Notes: a model not told the origin generated them from the letters alone. A stretch of 64,000 nucleotides of DNA from Fistulifera solaris (GCA_030295235.1 AP026176.1:434001-498000); one strand, 5' to 3'. Counted from the stretch's first letter, positions 47,962 through 61,823 are shown. A program made the numbers and translations.

Positions 47962-50521
47962 TTACAATTCCTTCGACATGTGACGCGGCGAGTCGGGGTT
48001 GATACCTCTATTTGGTGATGATTAGACAAAATAGTTGAGTGTGAGTTCGATGATACATTTTCAAGCAATGATTAAATAATCGACTGTACGTACCGTACTT
48101 TCGCCAACTCGTAAGCCAATAATTGGAGGGTACCACTGCACCGAGAGCCGTCAAAGGACCGTTGCTAGGAATGACAATCGGATTGTCATCAAGACCGGCC
48201 GCCAATTCCGGCTTATCGGTAATAACAATGACTTGCCCACCACGCGATTTGATTTCCATTCCCGTATTGCGCACACTTTGGCGATGTTGATCGTCCAAAA
48301 GAATCAACACAACGGGTGTCCCAGCGACGTTCTTCTTCTTCGTAGTTTTCATTCGTTCCGTCTTCTTTCGCTTCCCTTGAACCATGCGGGTCTTCAGACG
48401 TTGACGATACATGATAGGCGGCTCCACAAGAGCTAAACTCGCATGCTTGAATGAAGATGCACTCAAACCTTCGGCATGGAGAGACGCTAACTCTTGAAAT
48501 TTGAAAGCTCCTTCACGCGCAACAGGTTCCGCAAATCCTTTACCAAGAACAAAGCATGTGTCCGTGAACTCCAGCGCAGCCGCAAGTTCTTTGCATTGTT
48601 CGTGTGTTTTCAGAGCCATTCCGAACGCCATGGGCAAACGCAACAAACTCTCTTTGAGTGCTTCCACATCGAGGGTAGCAAGACGAGACTTGATCGAAGC
48701 ATTTTCCTCTTCTTTTGTTTGACGAAACCATAAAGCTAGTAACGCCAAAGAGGTCACCTCGCTAACAAAAGACTTTGTACTAACAGCCGATCGTTCCCGT
48801 CCGGCATGACAGTAAACGCCAACTTTCGTGGTGCGTGCTAGAGTGCTTCCGACCGAGTTGGTCACACTCATGCAGGGCACACCCATGCGCGTCAAAGCTA
48901 GATCACTGACACGCAAAGCTTCTTTACGTTCGCCCGATTCACTGACGACACAGCAGCCCATAGTATGCGCGGGGACATCATGCGGGAAATCATGATAATC
49001 GGTATCAACCGCATCCAAAGCACGCACGGTATTCAATGCGGCTATTTGCTTCATTAATAACTCTCCGTACCGTGCCGCGTGCAAACTGCTGGACACTCCC
49101 GAGAGAATTAGATGTTTGACGTGCTTCCACTGATCGCGATGGGCATCCATGCCACCCAACAAAATTCTTCCCGTCCCACTCAAACGACCACCAAACCCCA
49201 AGGCTCGTCCGATGGCTTCAGGCTGCTCATAAATCTCTTTCAAAGTCCAATCCGGATACGGTTCCGGAATGGTATTCGCTTGAAAGTCGTCGTCTTGTTG
49301 AGAATCATTCAAGGCTTCGACCCGCAAACTACTCCACGACTCGAGAATCGGCCCACTTGCTTGAATGACACCGACTTCTCCATCTTTCAAGTCGACAAAC
49401 GTTTGTGTGAATCGACGAAACGCATTGATTTCGGATGCCACGTACGTGACAGGCTGCGAACGCGTACTGGACGACACTTCGGCACCCCCGTCGAGGTCAT
49501 GCCAATGACCAAAGGACTGCCGTGTGCGGCCACGACCAATTCGTCGGGCACATCTTGACACATGACGACCAGTCCCCAAGTGCCATCGCATTTGCGCAAC
49601 GCTTTTTCTGTCGCTGCTTTCAATAAATGTGTTGATGATGATTCGCTTTGTTTTTGCAATTTCTGATAATAGTAATCAATCAATTTTGCCATGACTTCGG
49701 TATCCGTTTCGGTTTCAAAGACGTGTCCATATCCTTGCAATTGCTTCCGCAATACACGAGCATTGTGCAAGACACCATTGTGCACGACAGCAATCTTCCC
49801 GGACCGAATCGGATGCGCATTTTGATCCGAACGGGCTCCGTGCGTCGCCCACCGGGTATGCGCCATCCCGACCGGACCTTTCGCGGCGTGCGAATGTTGT
49901 CTAACCAGGGCAATGACTTGTTCCGGACTCAATGCGGCATCGCCCGAACCGTATTTGGTAATGTTCTGGAATTTGAAATCAATGAGTGAGTGTAAATATG
50001 CTCCACAAAAGAGAAGGAACGACACAACTATCGCACGCACCATGGTATGATCTTCCGAGACTGTTACTAAACCAGCACTATCACATCCCCGTGCTTTTAG
50101 GATATCCAAGCCTTCAAGCAGAAAGTGTCTATGCAATGAAGATGAAAATTGAGTTAGTAAAGGGGCGAGAAAAAGAAGAATATCAGCGCAAAACATGTCG
50201 CGGGATAACTCAAAAATCACACAGATCCTGTAATACAGCAACACACTTTTCGAAGTCGATTAATAACACAGTCGCTTTTGCTCACCTCGCATCGTAGGAA
50301 CCGGATCCTACCACCGCCGCAATTCCGGAACATTTTGTTTTCGAGTTTTCGTCGTTCATTGCGGATATCGCTACCGTTGCCGCTATTGCTGCCGTTCCCC
50401 ACAATACACTATTTGTAGTATCAAAATTCGAGCTCAATACAGCAGTCGTCGCGGTTCGTTTCCACACGGAAGCAGTGTTTCGGGTCCACATCGTTCGGGT
50501 GCGCAGCAAAGGAAGAACCAT
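47962..50521 (-). CDS. Divergent glutamine:fructose-6-phosphate amidotransferase (GFAT/GlmS-like), with introns and indels
   Basis: GATase domain: RGCDSAG, GMAHTRWATHG..NAHP, VVHNGVL, FETETDTEV, GSPLVIG. SIS domains: KEIYEQPEA, STKSF, LGKGFAEPVAREGAFKFQE. Last exon GINPDSPRHMSKEL-stop. Confidence 0.85.
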
Positions 50522-51289
50522 GTTGTTAATTTTGTTTCGTCCGTCGTTCGTTAAAATTTATCGTTGCAAGCCCGTTGAGGTCCCTTTTCCTAAATGAAGC
50601 AGGATTTTAGAAAATACAATCAAATCAAATCAAATCAAATCAAAGAATACGAATACGATTACGCACGGATTGCATTTGAAAGCAACAAATGTGCATCTTC
50701 GGCCTCGCTCGAAAAATGCATGCAAAACACAAAACTGCATGACCCGCAATCTTTTGTTGACTGTAATACAGAGTGTACTAAGACCATGCCTTGAAGTACA
50801 GTTTGGGAGAGACTACTCGGGAGCCTTTGGCTCGTGCGTTCAGTCACGAATCGACGCATTAGATTTTTATTTTTCGCTCTTCGACGTAAATATAATGACG
50901 TATAATGAGAACACTGTTGAAGTCTGTTTCATTGCAACAATGACAATTAAAGCTAAGGAAACTGGGCGATCGAACGACTTGTAGGTAGACTAACATCATT
51001 TGCTCGAAAGACTATTGATTCATGACTGAAATGCAGTCGTGGTCTCCGTAAACTAACACTTTAGGAACGACCGACCCAATTGCGAGAGGTGACAGGTGAC
51101 AAGTAACAAGGCGTTTGAAAAGCACCCGCTTACGGTGAAATTCTCTATATTCATCTTGATGCTGTAATCATCACGCAACATGTTGCTATCATTCTACAAG
51201 TAGGCGAGAGATATAGCGTTTAGCTCGGCTTTAAACTTTTTACATGCTTGCTATCTTAAAAATTCTGCGGAATTTGATTCCACGGCTCA

Positions 51290-51781
51290 TCATGCTACTG
51301 TCGATAAACAATAGTCTTCCATGGTCTTTTGGTAGACCAGTCGCAAGGAGTCGGAATCGACGCGTCCGTAGATATTGTATTGTCGCACTTGTTCCGTCAA
51401 GACGGCGTCCAATACACGGTGTTTAATCGACTTTTGGTTCGTTCAAGCGGACCACACGAATTTATCTAATCCGTGGTATGTATGATGTTCCGATTCTTCC
51501 AACAGACGACCCTGTTGGGCCAAATAAATGATTTGTTTCGCTTGCTGCTTCAACAATCGAATTTCTTCTTTCGAATACCAAATTGATTGCGAGTCGGCAT
51601 GTCGGTCGACGTCGTAAACAAAAGCGTCTTGAAAGAAAGTCACGCCTCTTCTTCGTTTCTTGTGGCGGGGTGGAGTGCAGTCGGAAGGGGTGCTCTTCGA
51701 CGACGATGTTGTAGAAGTGGTCGAAGACACGTCGTCCCAGACGCAAGAGTGCTCATACGGAAAATCAAAAATGTGTTTCAT
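51290..51781 (-). CDS. Family 2 member, frameshifted at the 3' end
   Basis: RRRGVTFFQD..IWYSKEE..EESEHHTYHGLD, then shifted VLDAVLTEQVRQ..LRLVYQK. Confidence 0.65.
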
Positions 51782-54037
51782 TGGATAGGATAAAAAGAAA
51801 AAAAAGAGAAAAAGGAGATATGAAATGAACTGAATGAATGGAATTGCTGTCGACGACAGCGACGCAAATGAGAAAAGAAGAATGGAATGTGTTTGTCGGC
51901 AAATTGTTTGTGCTCGTTTCTTGTGTCCAGTTTTATTCTTTAAAGCAAGAAATATATAATGCAGCAGGGCCTATGATGCCTCAGCTACGCCGTTTCACAA
52001 CTCAAAGAACAGCGTTCAGAATCGTTTTACGATCAACATCACCTCTTGCCTTCATCGATGCAAACGTGATCGACATTAGCAGTGTTCTTACTGATTACGA
52101 TCACAAGCACAAAGAATGGAAAGCACTCAATATTTTGGCGTTCCAATCTGTTAAGACCGTTTCACGATAAGAACGTAGTCGTTGACTACACTCTTAGTTA
52201 TAGCTATAAAAGGTATCCTCAAGGATATTAGGACAGGTAATTCGAGATCCGTACTGATCAAGTCTTGATGTGGCCCTTTACTACTACAAATCGGATTAAG
52301 ATTTCGATTAGGGACCAGGGCAACCTTAATCAGCAACGATTAAGCCCTTATGTAATCATCAGGCCACTGTGAAAACACCAATATTTAGCTTATGCCCTGC
52401 ATCTAATTTCTACTCAAAAAACAATAAAGAATGATGACCAGATGCCGATGATATTTTTCGACCTCAAGTTCGTCCAAGTACTGAAATCCTATTGTACATT
52501 GTACATTGTACCCCGTTATCGTAGAATGCAAAAAAGGCCCAAAACATGTTAACGCAACCCAGCGACCTTTTGTACCAGCAACGACGAGCTTCCAACGAGA
52601 GGGAGAGAATGGCGTTTGGTCACCTTCATGTTGAAAACGCACATTTATTCATTCCTTTCGTGTCATCGCTCATCACAAAACATAAGAGCATAGAAATACG
52701 ATCAAGCGATTGTAGTGAGAGGCTTGCTCGGTTTTGAAATCCAAAGACTTAAAGAAGCAAGCCTGAATGTTTCTCGAGACGCAAACACAATCATGATGAT
52801 ACATAACTAATCATTTCCGTCAACGATGTCGCCTTCCTATTGGAACGAAAGACGGGAAATGGGGAAGGATTCTTACACGCGACGACCTGATTGCGCAAGA
52901 AAAAGAAACGAACGCTGCACAGCTATGTTGAGACGCTGTAGATGAAGGGCTGTCTAAACGCGAAGCAATCGTTTCCGAGAGGCTATTTCTGCGTAAAGCG
53001 AAAATGTGACGCACGCCGTCTTGCTCCTGATGTACGACTTTCTGCAATGGATCAAATAATGGTCTTGGGAAAGCAGGGCCACTGATTCATTCTATCGTCC
53101 AGTACGAAACGCCAAATAAATATTTCCATTTTTACCGACAAACTGCAATTGTGTCGTTATAATACCCTTTATAATGCATGATAAACATTTTAGAGATGAG
53201 AATTTTACTTATCTGGAGATGGGTGCGTTGTGCGCCAGAGATGCTCAACTCTTTACGATGCTTGCTGTACCTATTTCACGATTCAGCTCGTCGCAACTGA
53301 ATTTGACTTGGATTTGAAGGTGCGGAAAATGCACAGCGCAAAGCAGACGGCCTGGAGGCAGTCTATACTGTTAGATGGAAGGCCATAGGTCAGATCTCTT
53401 CTCGTGACTCGTGAAACAAAGTGATGTGAGCAGAAATTGCGAATTTGCGATATGCGCTTTGCGCTGAGCATTTTGCTTTCACAAGCTTTCAAATCAAGCG
53501 CTCACTAGGGGCACTAGGGGGTCTAGCTAGACTAACTACCAGGTAAACCTAAACCACAAACAAACAACAAACCACTGTCGATTTCTGCCTCTCTAAACCT
53601 ATTACTTATTGCTACTGTACTGTTTTTAAAAACAGAAGAATGTGCGGTATAGAATCCTTCATGACTCAGTCGAAAAGTCACTTCTTTCGCTCTTATGCAG
53701 TCAGCGGTCATAAAGCTTTAAGTACAGGTCGTATTATAGAGAGGTTCATGGTTCATGGTTCATGGTTCATGCCGTTAACGCGAATTGAATCTCGAAGGCC
53801 CATGGATGGACGTACTCTTTACAATACACTGCAAAGAAGGGGTCATGATTACGTTGATTATGGACAAAATCGGTACTTGTTGTTCTACAGTACAATTACC
53901 ATGCTCAGGAATTCTCGCGAACTTCCGAAAAATTACCCAGCAGCCAGCGGGCACAATTTCGATCTTGTCAATTATTTCTGATTATAAAGACAAGACTCTT
54001 TCTTCGAAAGCCCACAAATCATCATAACACACTCAAC

Positions 54038-54433
54038 ATGTCAGAGTCTCTCTCCTCCCGCACCTATTCGAACTGTTCATTTCAGAGATCAGTGCGTTTC
54101 AACGACGATGCGCTGACTGTGATTCCCATCGAAACCGACGTCGAAAATGTCGGCGATCTCTGGTTCACGTCGGCGGAATATCAGCATATCAAACGACGAA
54201 ACAAGCTAAGCTTGCAGCTGGAACGTTCCGGATCTTTCAAAGAGTCCGAGAACAATACCTTCTACGGTCTGGAAAAGCAGACAATGCTCAACAGATTGCA
54301 ACGCAAGCTTGACCGAGCTTGCGTTCTTCGGAACAACCTTTGTGAGACTGCAAATTCATGTCAATATTTTGAAACAAAGCCAAATGCTGTTATACTACAA
54401 GATATATCAAGCAAAATGGCTTGCAATTTGTAA
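54038..54433 (+). CDS. Family 2 member (short)
   Basis: QRSVRFND..LWFTSAEYQHIKRRNKL..FKESENNTFYGLEKQT. Confidence 0.75.
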   Translation: MSESLSSRTYSNCSFQRSVRFNDDALTVIPIETDVENVGDLWFTSAEYQHIKRRNKLSLQLERSGSFKESENNTFYGLEKQTMLNRLQRKLDRACVLRNNLCETANSCQYFETKPNAVILQDISSKMACNL

Positions 54434-54699
54434 GCACTGTACATAGTGTAAAGAACTTTTGGATCTATTTTATCTGCTTTCTGTTGCTGAGTATAGATCA
54501 AGTTCATTTAAAGTCGCTATGCGATGATGTGACGATCTCCGTCTTCATAAATCTCTTCTACATCGGTAGTATGATAGATAAATGGGAAATCCACAGCATA
54601 TTTATATATTATGGTACCATCAGTAACTGCCATGTATGAAAAATAATATGCATTGCGCATGCATCGAATTTCGTCGGTCGAAAAGAATTTAAATAGTAG

Positions 54700-55023
54700 C
54701 TATTGAGATCGGCTGGTGGTGCCGAATCTTTGCATCAATTGACTGCGGGCTACCTTCCGTTGGTACCTGGCGGCTGTCGTTTGCTTTTCCAAGCCTAACA
54801 GAGTCGTTTGATCGGTTTCTTGAAACGCCCCGGAGCGTGCCATTTGTACGACTAGCTTGTTTCGTCGTCGAATGTGTCGGTATTCGTCTGAAGTGAACCA
54901 TAACTCGCTGGCATTTTCTATGCAGCAATCGATCGAATGAACAATGGCGTTGCTGTCGTCGAAAGAGACAGAGCGACGGCGAGGCTTCCTTGTGAAGGCG
55001 GAGTTATCCATTGTAGTCGACAT
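54700..55023 (-). CDS. Family 2 member (short), convergent with and most similar to 54038..54433
   Basis: RRRSVSFDD..LWFTSDEYRHIRRRNKL..FQETDQTTLLGLEKQT. Confidence 0.75.
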   Translation of the reverse strand: MSTTMDNSAFTRKPRRRSVSFDDSNAIVHSIDCCIENASELWFTSDEYRHIRRRNKLVVQMARSGAFQETDQTTLLGLEKQTTAARYQRKVARSQLMQRFGTTSRSQ

Positions 55024-55665
55024 GATGTGCTTTAATATATTAGTTTGGTGGAGGAGAATTTGAGAGGCTGTGCGCAGCTACAGATACTTGAATTATAATG
55101 AGAAAAGATACTCGTCAACTTATAGAATGAGAAAAACGAAATGTGTTGCTTGGTGGAGGTGCAGATGTCAAAGGAAGACGATGTGGTGACGTAAGACGTA
55201 ACCCCTCTTGTTCAAGTGCGTGGCAAGCTTGAGGACATGAGGAATAAAAAGAGCACAAAGAAACTAGCTACTGTACATTAGAAAGAAGGCCTACGACGAA
55301 ATGACTAAGCGGACAACGGTGTCTTCTTATAGTGGGACTTGACACTGGTTTTTCGGGACTACATTCTTCAATAGACTATGTGGACTTCAAACAAAAGCAT
55401 CTGACATCGAATGTTCCTTACCATAAGTTCAAACTACGATGTAGGAAAATGTACGAGAAGAACAAGTGTACGGAAGAGTTCGTTCGCGTTCGTCGCAGGC
55501 CCATGTTCAAGGTCCAACTGGGGTATGGGAATTCGTGTTTCATCGTCCGGACACGGCCGGGAAATGATAAACTAGATAGCGAAGTACCTAATCTCCCAGA
55601 CACTAGCCCTAGAAAATACAAGATCCATGCACCTTTTATACAGCGTGCGATCATTTCGTATTATT

Positions 55666-57346
55666 TTAGCTTGTCAACTGATAGATTCGAATGCGTAAAA
55701 GAATGTGCATGTAATCCAACCAAGCCAAGACGCGATTCCACCATCCGCTCTCGTTATGATAAACTGCAGCAGCGGCATATCGACCCGTAACTAACAATGT
55801 ATTTGCAGGACTCCCCAAGGCGTTATCAATGTGCCTGAGACAATCATTTGTTTTGAGCAGCAACAGCATCTCACGGGGTATCCGAGCCAGCAAGTCCATA
55901 ATCTGACGTAAAAATCGTTGTGCATATCCCGCCATGACTGTTTTATCCACACGCTTGTTGAGTTTGTCACGCGGTTTCCCCAACGATTCTTGCTGCGTTC
56001 AATGACTTCATCAAAGGGCCGGGCCGTGACAAGTGCCGCAAACATGGTGTACATGTCTTCTAAACCCATCTGCGCACAAGCTGCCTGTATCCCAGGAATG
56101 TCGGCTAGCAACAACGCCTTCCAAAGGCGTGCATAGTTCAAAACAAACTCTGGGTCCAGGGTTCGGTACAATCCATGATCCAGCAAGACTAGCTCGGGAT
56201 CCCCGCGTAAATTTTTGGCTCTCAACAATACGTTAGCAGGATGCGGATCGCAGTGTACGCAACCACTTTCAAATATTTGAGAAGCGAAGGCGCTGGAGAG
56301 TAAATTAGCAACTTTCTTCTTATCAATACCTAGCTTCGCAATAGCTTCCGTGTCAGTCGCTTTGCATCCTTCTTCGAAATGCATCGTCAATACGCGGCTG
56401 GTGGTTTGCTCCCATACAATCGCAGGCACGATGACATCATGCAAACCGACACGTCTGAAATTTTCCGCCGCGCGTTCCGCGTTACGCCCCTCGTTGCTGA
56501 AATCCAGTTCTTGTGGTAACAGAGGCTCCACTTCACGAGCAATCCATCCCCATGTAAATCCTTCAAACCATTCTTCGGCCCAATGACTGACTTGCACAAG
56601 AGCGCGAATATCTCCCATGGCAGTCTCTTTCAAATCGGCGTGTTGTATTTTGATAGCTAGTTTTCGTCCGTTCTTATAAGCGACGTGGACTTGCGCCAGG
56701 GACGCGGATGCCATCGGTGTGTAATCAAAAGAGTCAAAGGCTTCTTCGGGCGATTGACCTAATTCTTCCTTTACGATTTGCGCGACATGCTCCGGCGACG
56801 TTCGTGGATTGTCATCAAAGAGTGCACTCAATACAGTAGTATATTCGGGTGGTATTAAATAATCCAAACTGGCGAGATGTTGTCCGACTTTGATGTACAC
56901 ACCCCGATTCGTATGACAGAGCGACAAAATACGATGAGCTGCTCGCGTATGCACCGGATCCGGTCCCAGCTCTTCTTGCAATTGCGCCAATTCTTGTGCC
57001 ACTTGTAACATGGCTTCTTTTCGTGTCGTTTGACTTGCACTCGTTCCGCGAAACTCAATTGAGGATGCGAATTGTTACTATAAATGGCTTGGGCTTGGGC
57101 CAATCGCGCGCGACATTCTTCGACTTGTTGTAATAATGGCTGCCGCGTGTCGTCTCTTTCACCAAAGTACTTGGCAGATTGATAATCGTACACCATGAGA
57201 AGAGCGGTTTGACCCAATCGTAAAGCACGTCGCGCTGCCTTGACATTCGGTTCATCGCTGGTAGCCAACACGGCACTTCCCGAGCCAGCTAACAAAAACA
57301 AACCTGTTCTTCGCTTTAATTTACTACTAAAACGTGAACCGAACAT
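55666..57346 (-). CDS. ABC1/aarF-domain atypical kinase (ADCK1-like, probably mitochondrial), two frameshifts
   Basis: NRGVYIKVGQH, PMASASLAQVHVA, AIKIQH, LPQELDFSNEGRNAE, VHCDPHPANVL, LLDHGLY, LLLLKTNDCLR. Confidence 0.9.
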
Positions 57347-58214
57347 CGTTTATCGCATGCTTGTAGAGTTTATTGAATGATTATGAGAAGAGCTCTCGGT
57401 GATGGAAAGAAGAAAAGGAACGATGAAGAAGAAGAAAGCAAACAAAAGTTTGCGAGAGAAGGGTGACGGCATCGGCGTTTGCCATGCGTCAGCCAATAAC
57501 GCTTGCCAATAACGGCAGACGCATTATACCGTGTTCCTTGTCGTACCAACATTAGAATTAGTATATGTCCAAAGTGTTGGTTTCCATATACCACGACTGC
57601 ATTTCAGTCATGAGGAGCGGTTTCAGCATTCAGAATACAAACTAACCCCAACTCGTGAGAATGGTTGTTATCACAATGTTTTATCAGCATTTACAATGCA
57701 CTTAAAGACTTTTCGTTTGAATACCCTTCCGATCGTTGTTTTCAAAGTCACTATCAAGCCATAAATAATTGATTATTGTTTCTCTCGACGCAGCCAAGAC
57801 TGGGATTCAGTCATGAGTCATGATTGGACCGCTTCATCAGACTGCGTTCCCTCAGTCTGCTGCAACCTGGCTATCTAACGTGCTTTCATAATTGCAATCA
57901 CCGTCAGCAACGTTTCTAAAATACATGCCTGGAGTTTTTGAGGTCTGATGTGTTAAGCTTCGCTTGTCTGCAAAATGTAGACTACTTTTTACGCGCAGTG
58001 CATACTCCCAGTTTCCGCGTGACTGGTTTTGTCACGTGCGATCGCATTGGATGCGAGCGATCGGAACTATTCATTCATAATGAATTTTATTGTAAGATGT
58101 ATTTTAAAGGTATCAATTTGTGGTAAACAAATTCATGAAGGCTGTGAGAGTTGTAATCGCAACCCAATCAAAAACAGAACAAAAAGACGAGTGATGTGAA
58201 GTCGACCCATTGAA

Positions 58215-59202
58215 TTAACGCATATGACTTTGATGACGACGACGCAGAAGCAAGGAAGTGAGAATCAGTTCCCTACGCTGCTCTTGCTGGTGTAGCAAGC
58301 GGAGCATTTGCAATCGAGCTTCTTGCGGAAGCATCTGCGGACGCGGTCGCGACATCGCCAGTGCCATCGAGACTGCCGAAGGGCGATGCGGCATGACCAG
58401 ACTTGCTGAGACAGTCGGATTGTCTATCGAGAGTCGAGCGCGCTTCAATGGCGGCTCTTCCGTGACTTCAGTCTTGACGGGAAGAAAAGTCGCAACAGGA
58501 AGAACGTTTGCGCTCGCAACTGTGACGGCTGCTTCGTTACTCGTCTCCGAGGGCAATGAGACGGGGAAGCGCTTGGAAATTTCATAAAAGTCCGGTTCGT
58601 TATCAGGATCCGCAATCTGACGGCGAACGTCCTTGATTTCGGGCATGTACTTGAGCAAATGAAAACGGCCTTGCAAAAGGTCTATGAAATGAAAGGTAGA
58701 AAGAAAGAAGAGGGATGTGTTAGAGATGACTTCAGTGCGATGACACAAAGCTAAACTTGAACAGGAAGACATACTTCGTGATAATAACTGTTGCGATCAA
58801 TGCCTTTGGTGATATGCTTAAAGCCGTAATTTGTGAGCTGGCGAAGAAAACTGCTGTAACGATTGTGCCCAAAGTACTTTTGCAAAAGCATGGACTGCTC
58901 CAGCAACTTCGGTACAATCACTCGGAAGCTACGACCGTGTGAATTCCACGCAATGTAGCGCGGTGCTTCCGGCTCGTTCAATAACGTAAAGAGCTTTTGC
59001 GAAAACGTCATCGATTCGATATCGGTGGGAATCTTATCCGTGTCTTCCGGGGGAACTTGACTGAAATCGCGATACGAATGATTAACAAAGGTTCGAGGCT
59101 TGTCGATGCGTTGAATGACTACTGGTTTCACCGGATAAGGCGGTTCGGGAGCAGCCGGTTTGCGGCCGGGGCGCTTCTTCGGGGAGCCTTGAATCTTTCC
59201 AT
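58215..59202 (-). CDS. Heat-shock-factor (HSF) DNA-binding domain transcription factor, one intron
   Basis: TFSQKLFTLL..IAWNSHGRSFRV..YFGHNRYSSFLRQLTNYGFKHI..YYHE. Intron at about 58683-58774. Probable start ATG 59202 with a missing base (MEKIQGSPKKRPGRK). Confidence 0.85.
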
Positions 59203-60100
59203 CGTAAAGTCTTCACAGCAGCGATTAACTGAGATAAAGCAGGAAGGTAGGAGGCGCTTTTGGCTAACTTTAGAATATAGAATGCAAATTTATGAGAAGA
59301 TTGAGAAGGAATGGTCACAACAAGAAGATGACTTGAGAATTGCGAATGAATGCGTCAAGAAAAAGAATTGGGGAGCACGTGGTCCGCGAGAAATCGAACA
59401 AAAATCACCATCTGACTAACTTCTCGTAACATTTCTACGACCAGCTACGGGGGCCAAAGAATCCAGTGATGTAGGCTCTCTTCCGATGATGCATGCGGCG
59501 GACCCACAACTGCAACTGCCAACTTTAGGAACATACTACAAATTAGTTCATACTGACGTCACCAGTCAATCCCACATCAGCTGAATTCTCAACTTGTCGA
59601 TACGAAATTGTAGCCTCCATTTGTCACACTACTTCTTGCCTTCTGTCAAGAGGCGACATAAACGACCGATCATTACTGAGAACTTATCTACAATGTTTTA
59701 CATTGAAAATATTGTAGTTGGAACTACAGCGTATAATTACTTAAAGTTCACGGTTACAGATTTAACGGCATTCGCATACGGTTTTTGACAAAACTCTTTC
59801 ATCGTTGCGGAATTAGAGAAGGAAATGAGATGTGGATTGGGGCAAAGTGACGAAGTTAGTTTTGAAAATAGAAAACATGCAGCAAGTTCAAGAGTCCAAG
59901 ACTTGAAGACAAAGTTCCACTTATCATGACTAACAATGAATGAATCATCATCATGATTCATTCATGGTCCGCGACTCGTGACTCTCCGTGATAAAAAAAA
60001 ACGAAGGAAAGATTCAAAGAAACGATCTACGATCTTGGGGCGGTTAGATCTAAATTTTAAGTTAGGCGATCTTATAGGGATGCAGGTCAACGTGTTTCTT

Positions 60101-61823
60101 TTAGCTAACGGCTTCATCGTCAAGGTGCTGATTGGTCTCCTCGTAAACTTGATTCAGAGTATCTGCTTCCTCCTAGCAAGGCAACTTTTTAAGAGAATAG
60201 AATGATGATTACGTTCAACTTGTCGTGCGTACGTACCTTTAGTTGAGAGGCATAAAACACTGCAATGGCATAAAAGAATGACGCGAAAAGAAACATAGTA
60301 CCTGGTCCCCACAGAATACCCGATCCCGTCTGACTCCATCCATAAATTTGGCGCATAACCGTAGGCCCCAAGCCCGATGCAATTGCTTGTACCGAATACA
60401 ATGCTCCCTGAATGCGACCCTGTTCAGATTCTGTCACATTATTGGCCTTGAGTGCACTGATTGTAGGAAAAGCCATGGTCACTCCCGTTCCCAGCGCCAT
60501 GGCGACAAAGATCGTTAGCTTGTCCTGCGCCAAACCGTAAAGTAAACTATGAACAGCACCGAATGCAAAACTGATCGAAATTGTTCTCTGCTCGCCGACG
60601 TTTTCCAGCAGTGCTTTTAATCCAACACTTTGGACGAGAATGCCGAGACCGCCCATGAGAACGTAGAGGTTCGCAATATCCGTATCAGTGAACGATAGGT
60701 GTTCCTGCAAATAATAAACCAAGAGAGTATAATCGGCAGAGGACACCATGCCGCTGAAAAAAAGCCAGCGACGAAAGCATTCGAAAGAGGAAAGTCCTCT
60801 TTAAAATCGTCAACTCCCACAAAGGACGATACCACCAGGGTACCTGCCGTTCCGATCGTTGCAGACGCGCCTGGTGTCGTGTCTCTTCGCCAAGTGTTTC
60901 TGGTATAAATAGAACAACAATAATGATTCCCAACAGCATTGTCAACAGCGACCATAGCGATACCATTAGATAACCAAGCCACAGCGCGAGCCGAGGAGAT
61001 AGTGCCTGCCCAACCGAGTAGCCAGCCGACAATATGTCAAAACTAGGCGCGCGCCATTGTGCGGGAAGCACGTCAGCTAAGGAAGACATGGCGACGACAT
61101 ACCAGTTGATGCGAATCACTCCTGCCGCGTAATAATAGAAAGGAGACATGCTGGGCCGTAGCTGAAGCAGCACGAGAACGAATGGCGATATACATGATAC
61201 AAGAAGACCAATGATTAATAAGGCTTTCGGTCAAAGAAGAAACTCATGAGTCGACGCGAATACAATACAAATAGATCATGCATAGAAGTCACGCACGCTT
61301 TCTACCATATTCGTCGCTCAGCGATCCTGTCAAGGACGACGCGAAAAGGTAAACGCATTCGCAGCCAAATGCCGATTCGCTACTGCTTGTTGAGCGTCCG
61401 CCGATGCTGCAGAGCAAGCTTCGGATTTATCATGCATCGAAAAGGCACGACACGTCACATTCTGTGAAAGATTATAATCCAAATGAGCGTATCGATCCGT
61501 CATCACCGAAGGTACCTGCGTAGAATGTGAGAAGACAGAGACACGCGAGCTTTTCGAGTCGTTTCGACTACACGTACCACTCCAATTACAGCACCTTCTC
61601 CCATCGCCAGCAAAGCAGTTAGGAACACAATCTGAAACCCCACTTTGCTCTCTTTGAAAGCTTGGAAGAAGGAAACATTATTCTCATTGCATTCGCTATC
61701 CGTCAATTCGATAGATGACATTTCACAAACGGCGCCAACAGGTGGGCGAGTCAACGTTTCGTCGTCAGAGTTGGCAATTCGCCGATGTCGATGCTGTTGG
61801 GTAGAAAAGGTTTCAGAAGCCAT
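60101..61823 (-). CDS. MFS transporter (HIAT1/MFSD14, tetracycline-transporter-like), with introns and indels
   Basis: MAFPTISALKANNVTESEQGRIQGALYS, FIPETL, SSLADVLP..WRAPSF; many TM segments. Last exon EEADTL..DEAVS-stop. Confidence 0.8.

Noticed and set aside
50618..50660. (CAAAT)n and GAATAC repeats upstream of GFAT
   Set aside because: Ordinary short microsatellites with no further structure.
53743..53770. (GGTTCAT)4 as an interstitial telomeric repeat
   Set aside because: Does not match TTAGGG/TTTAGGG-type repeats and is one of many different 7-mer units.
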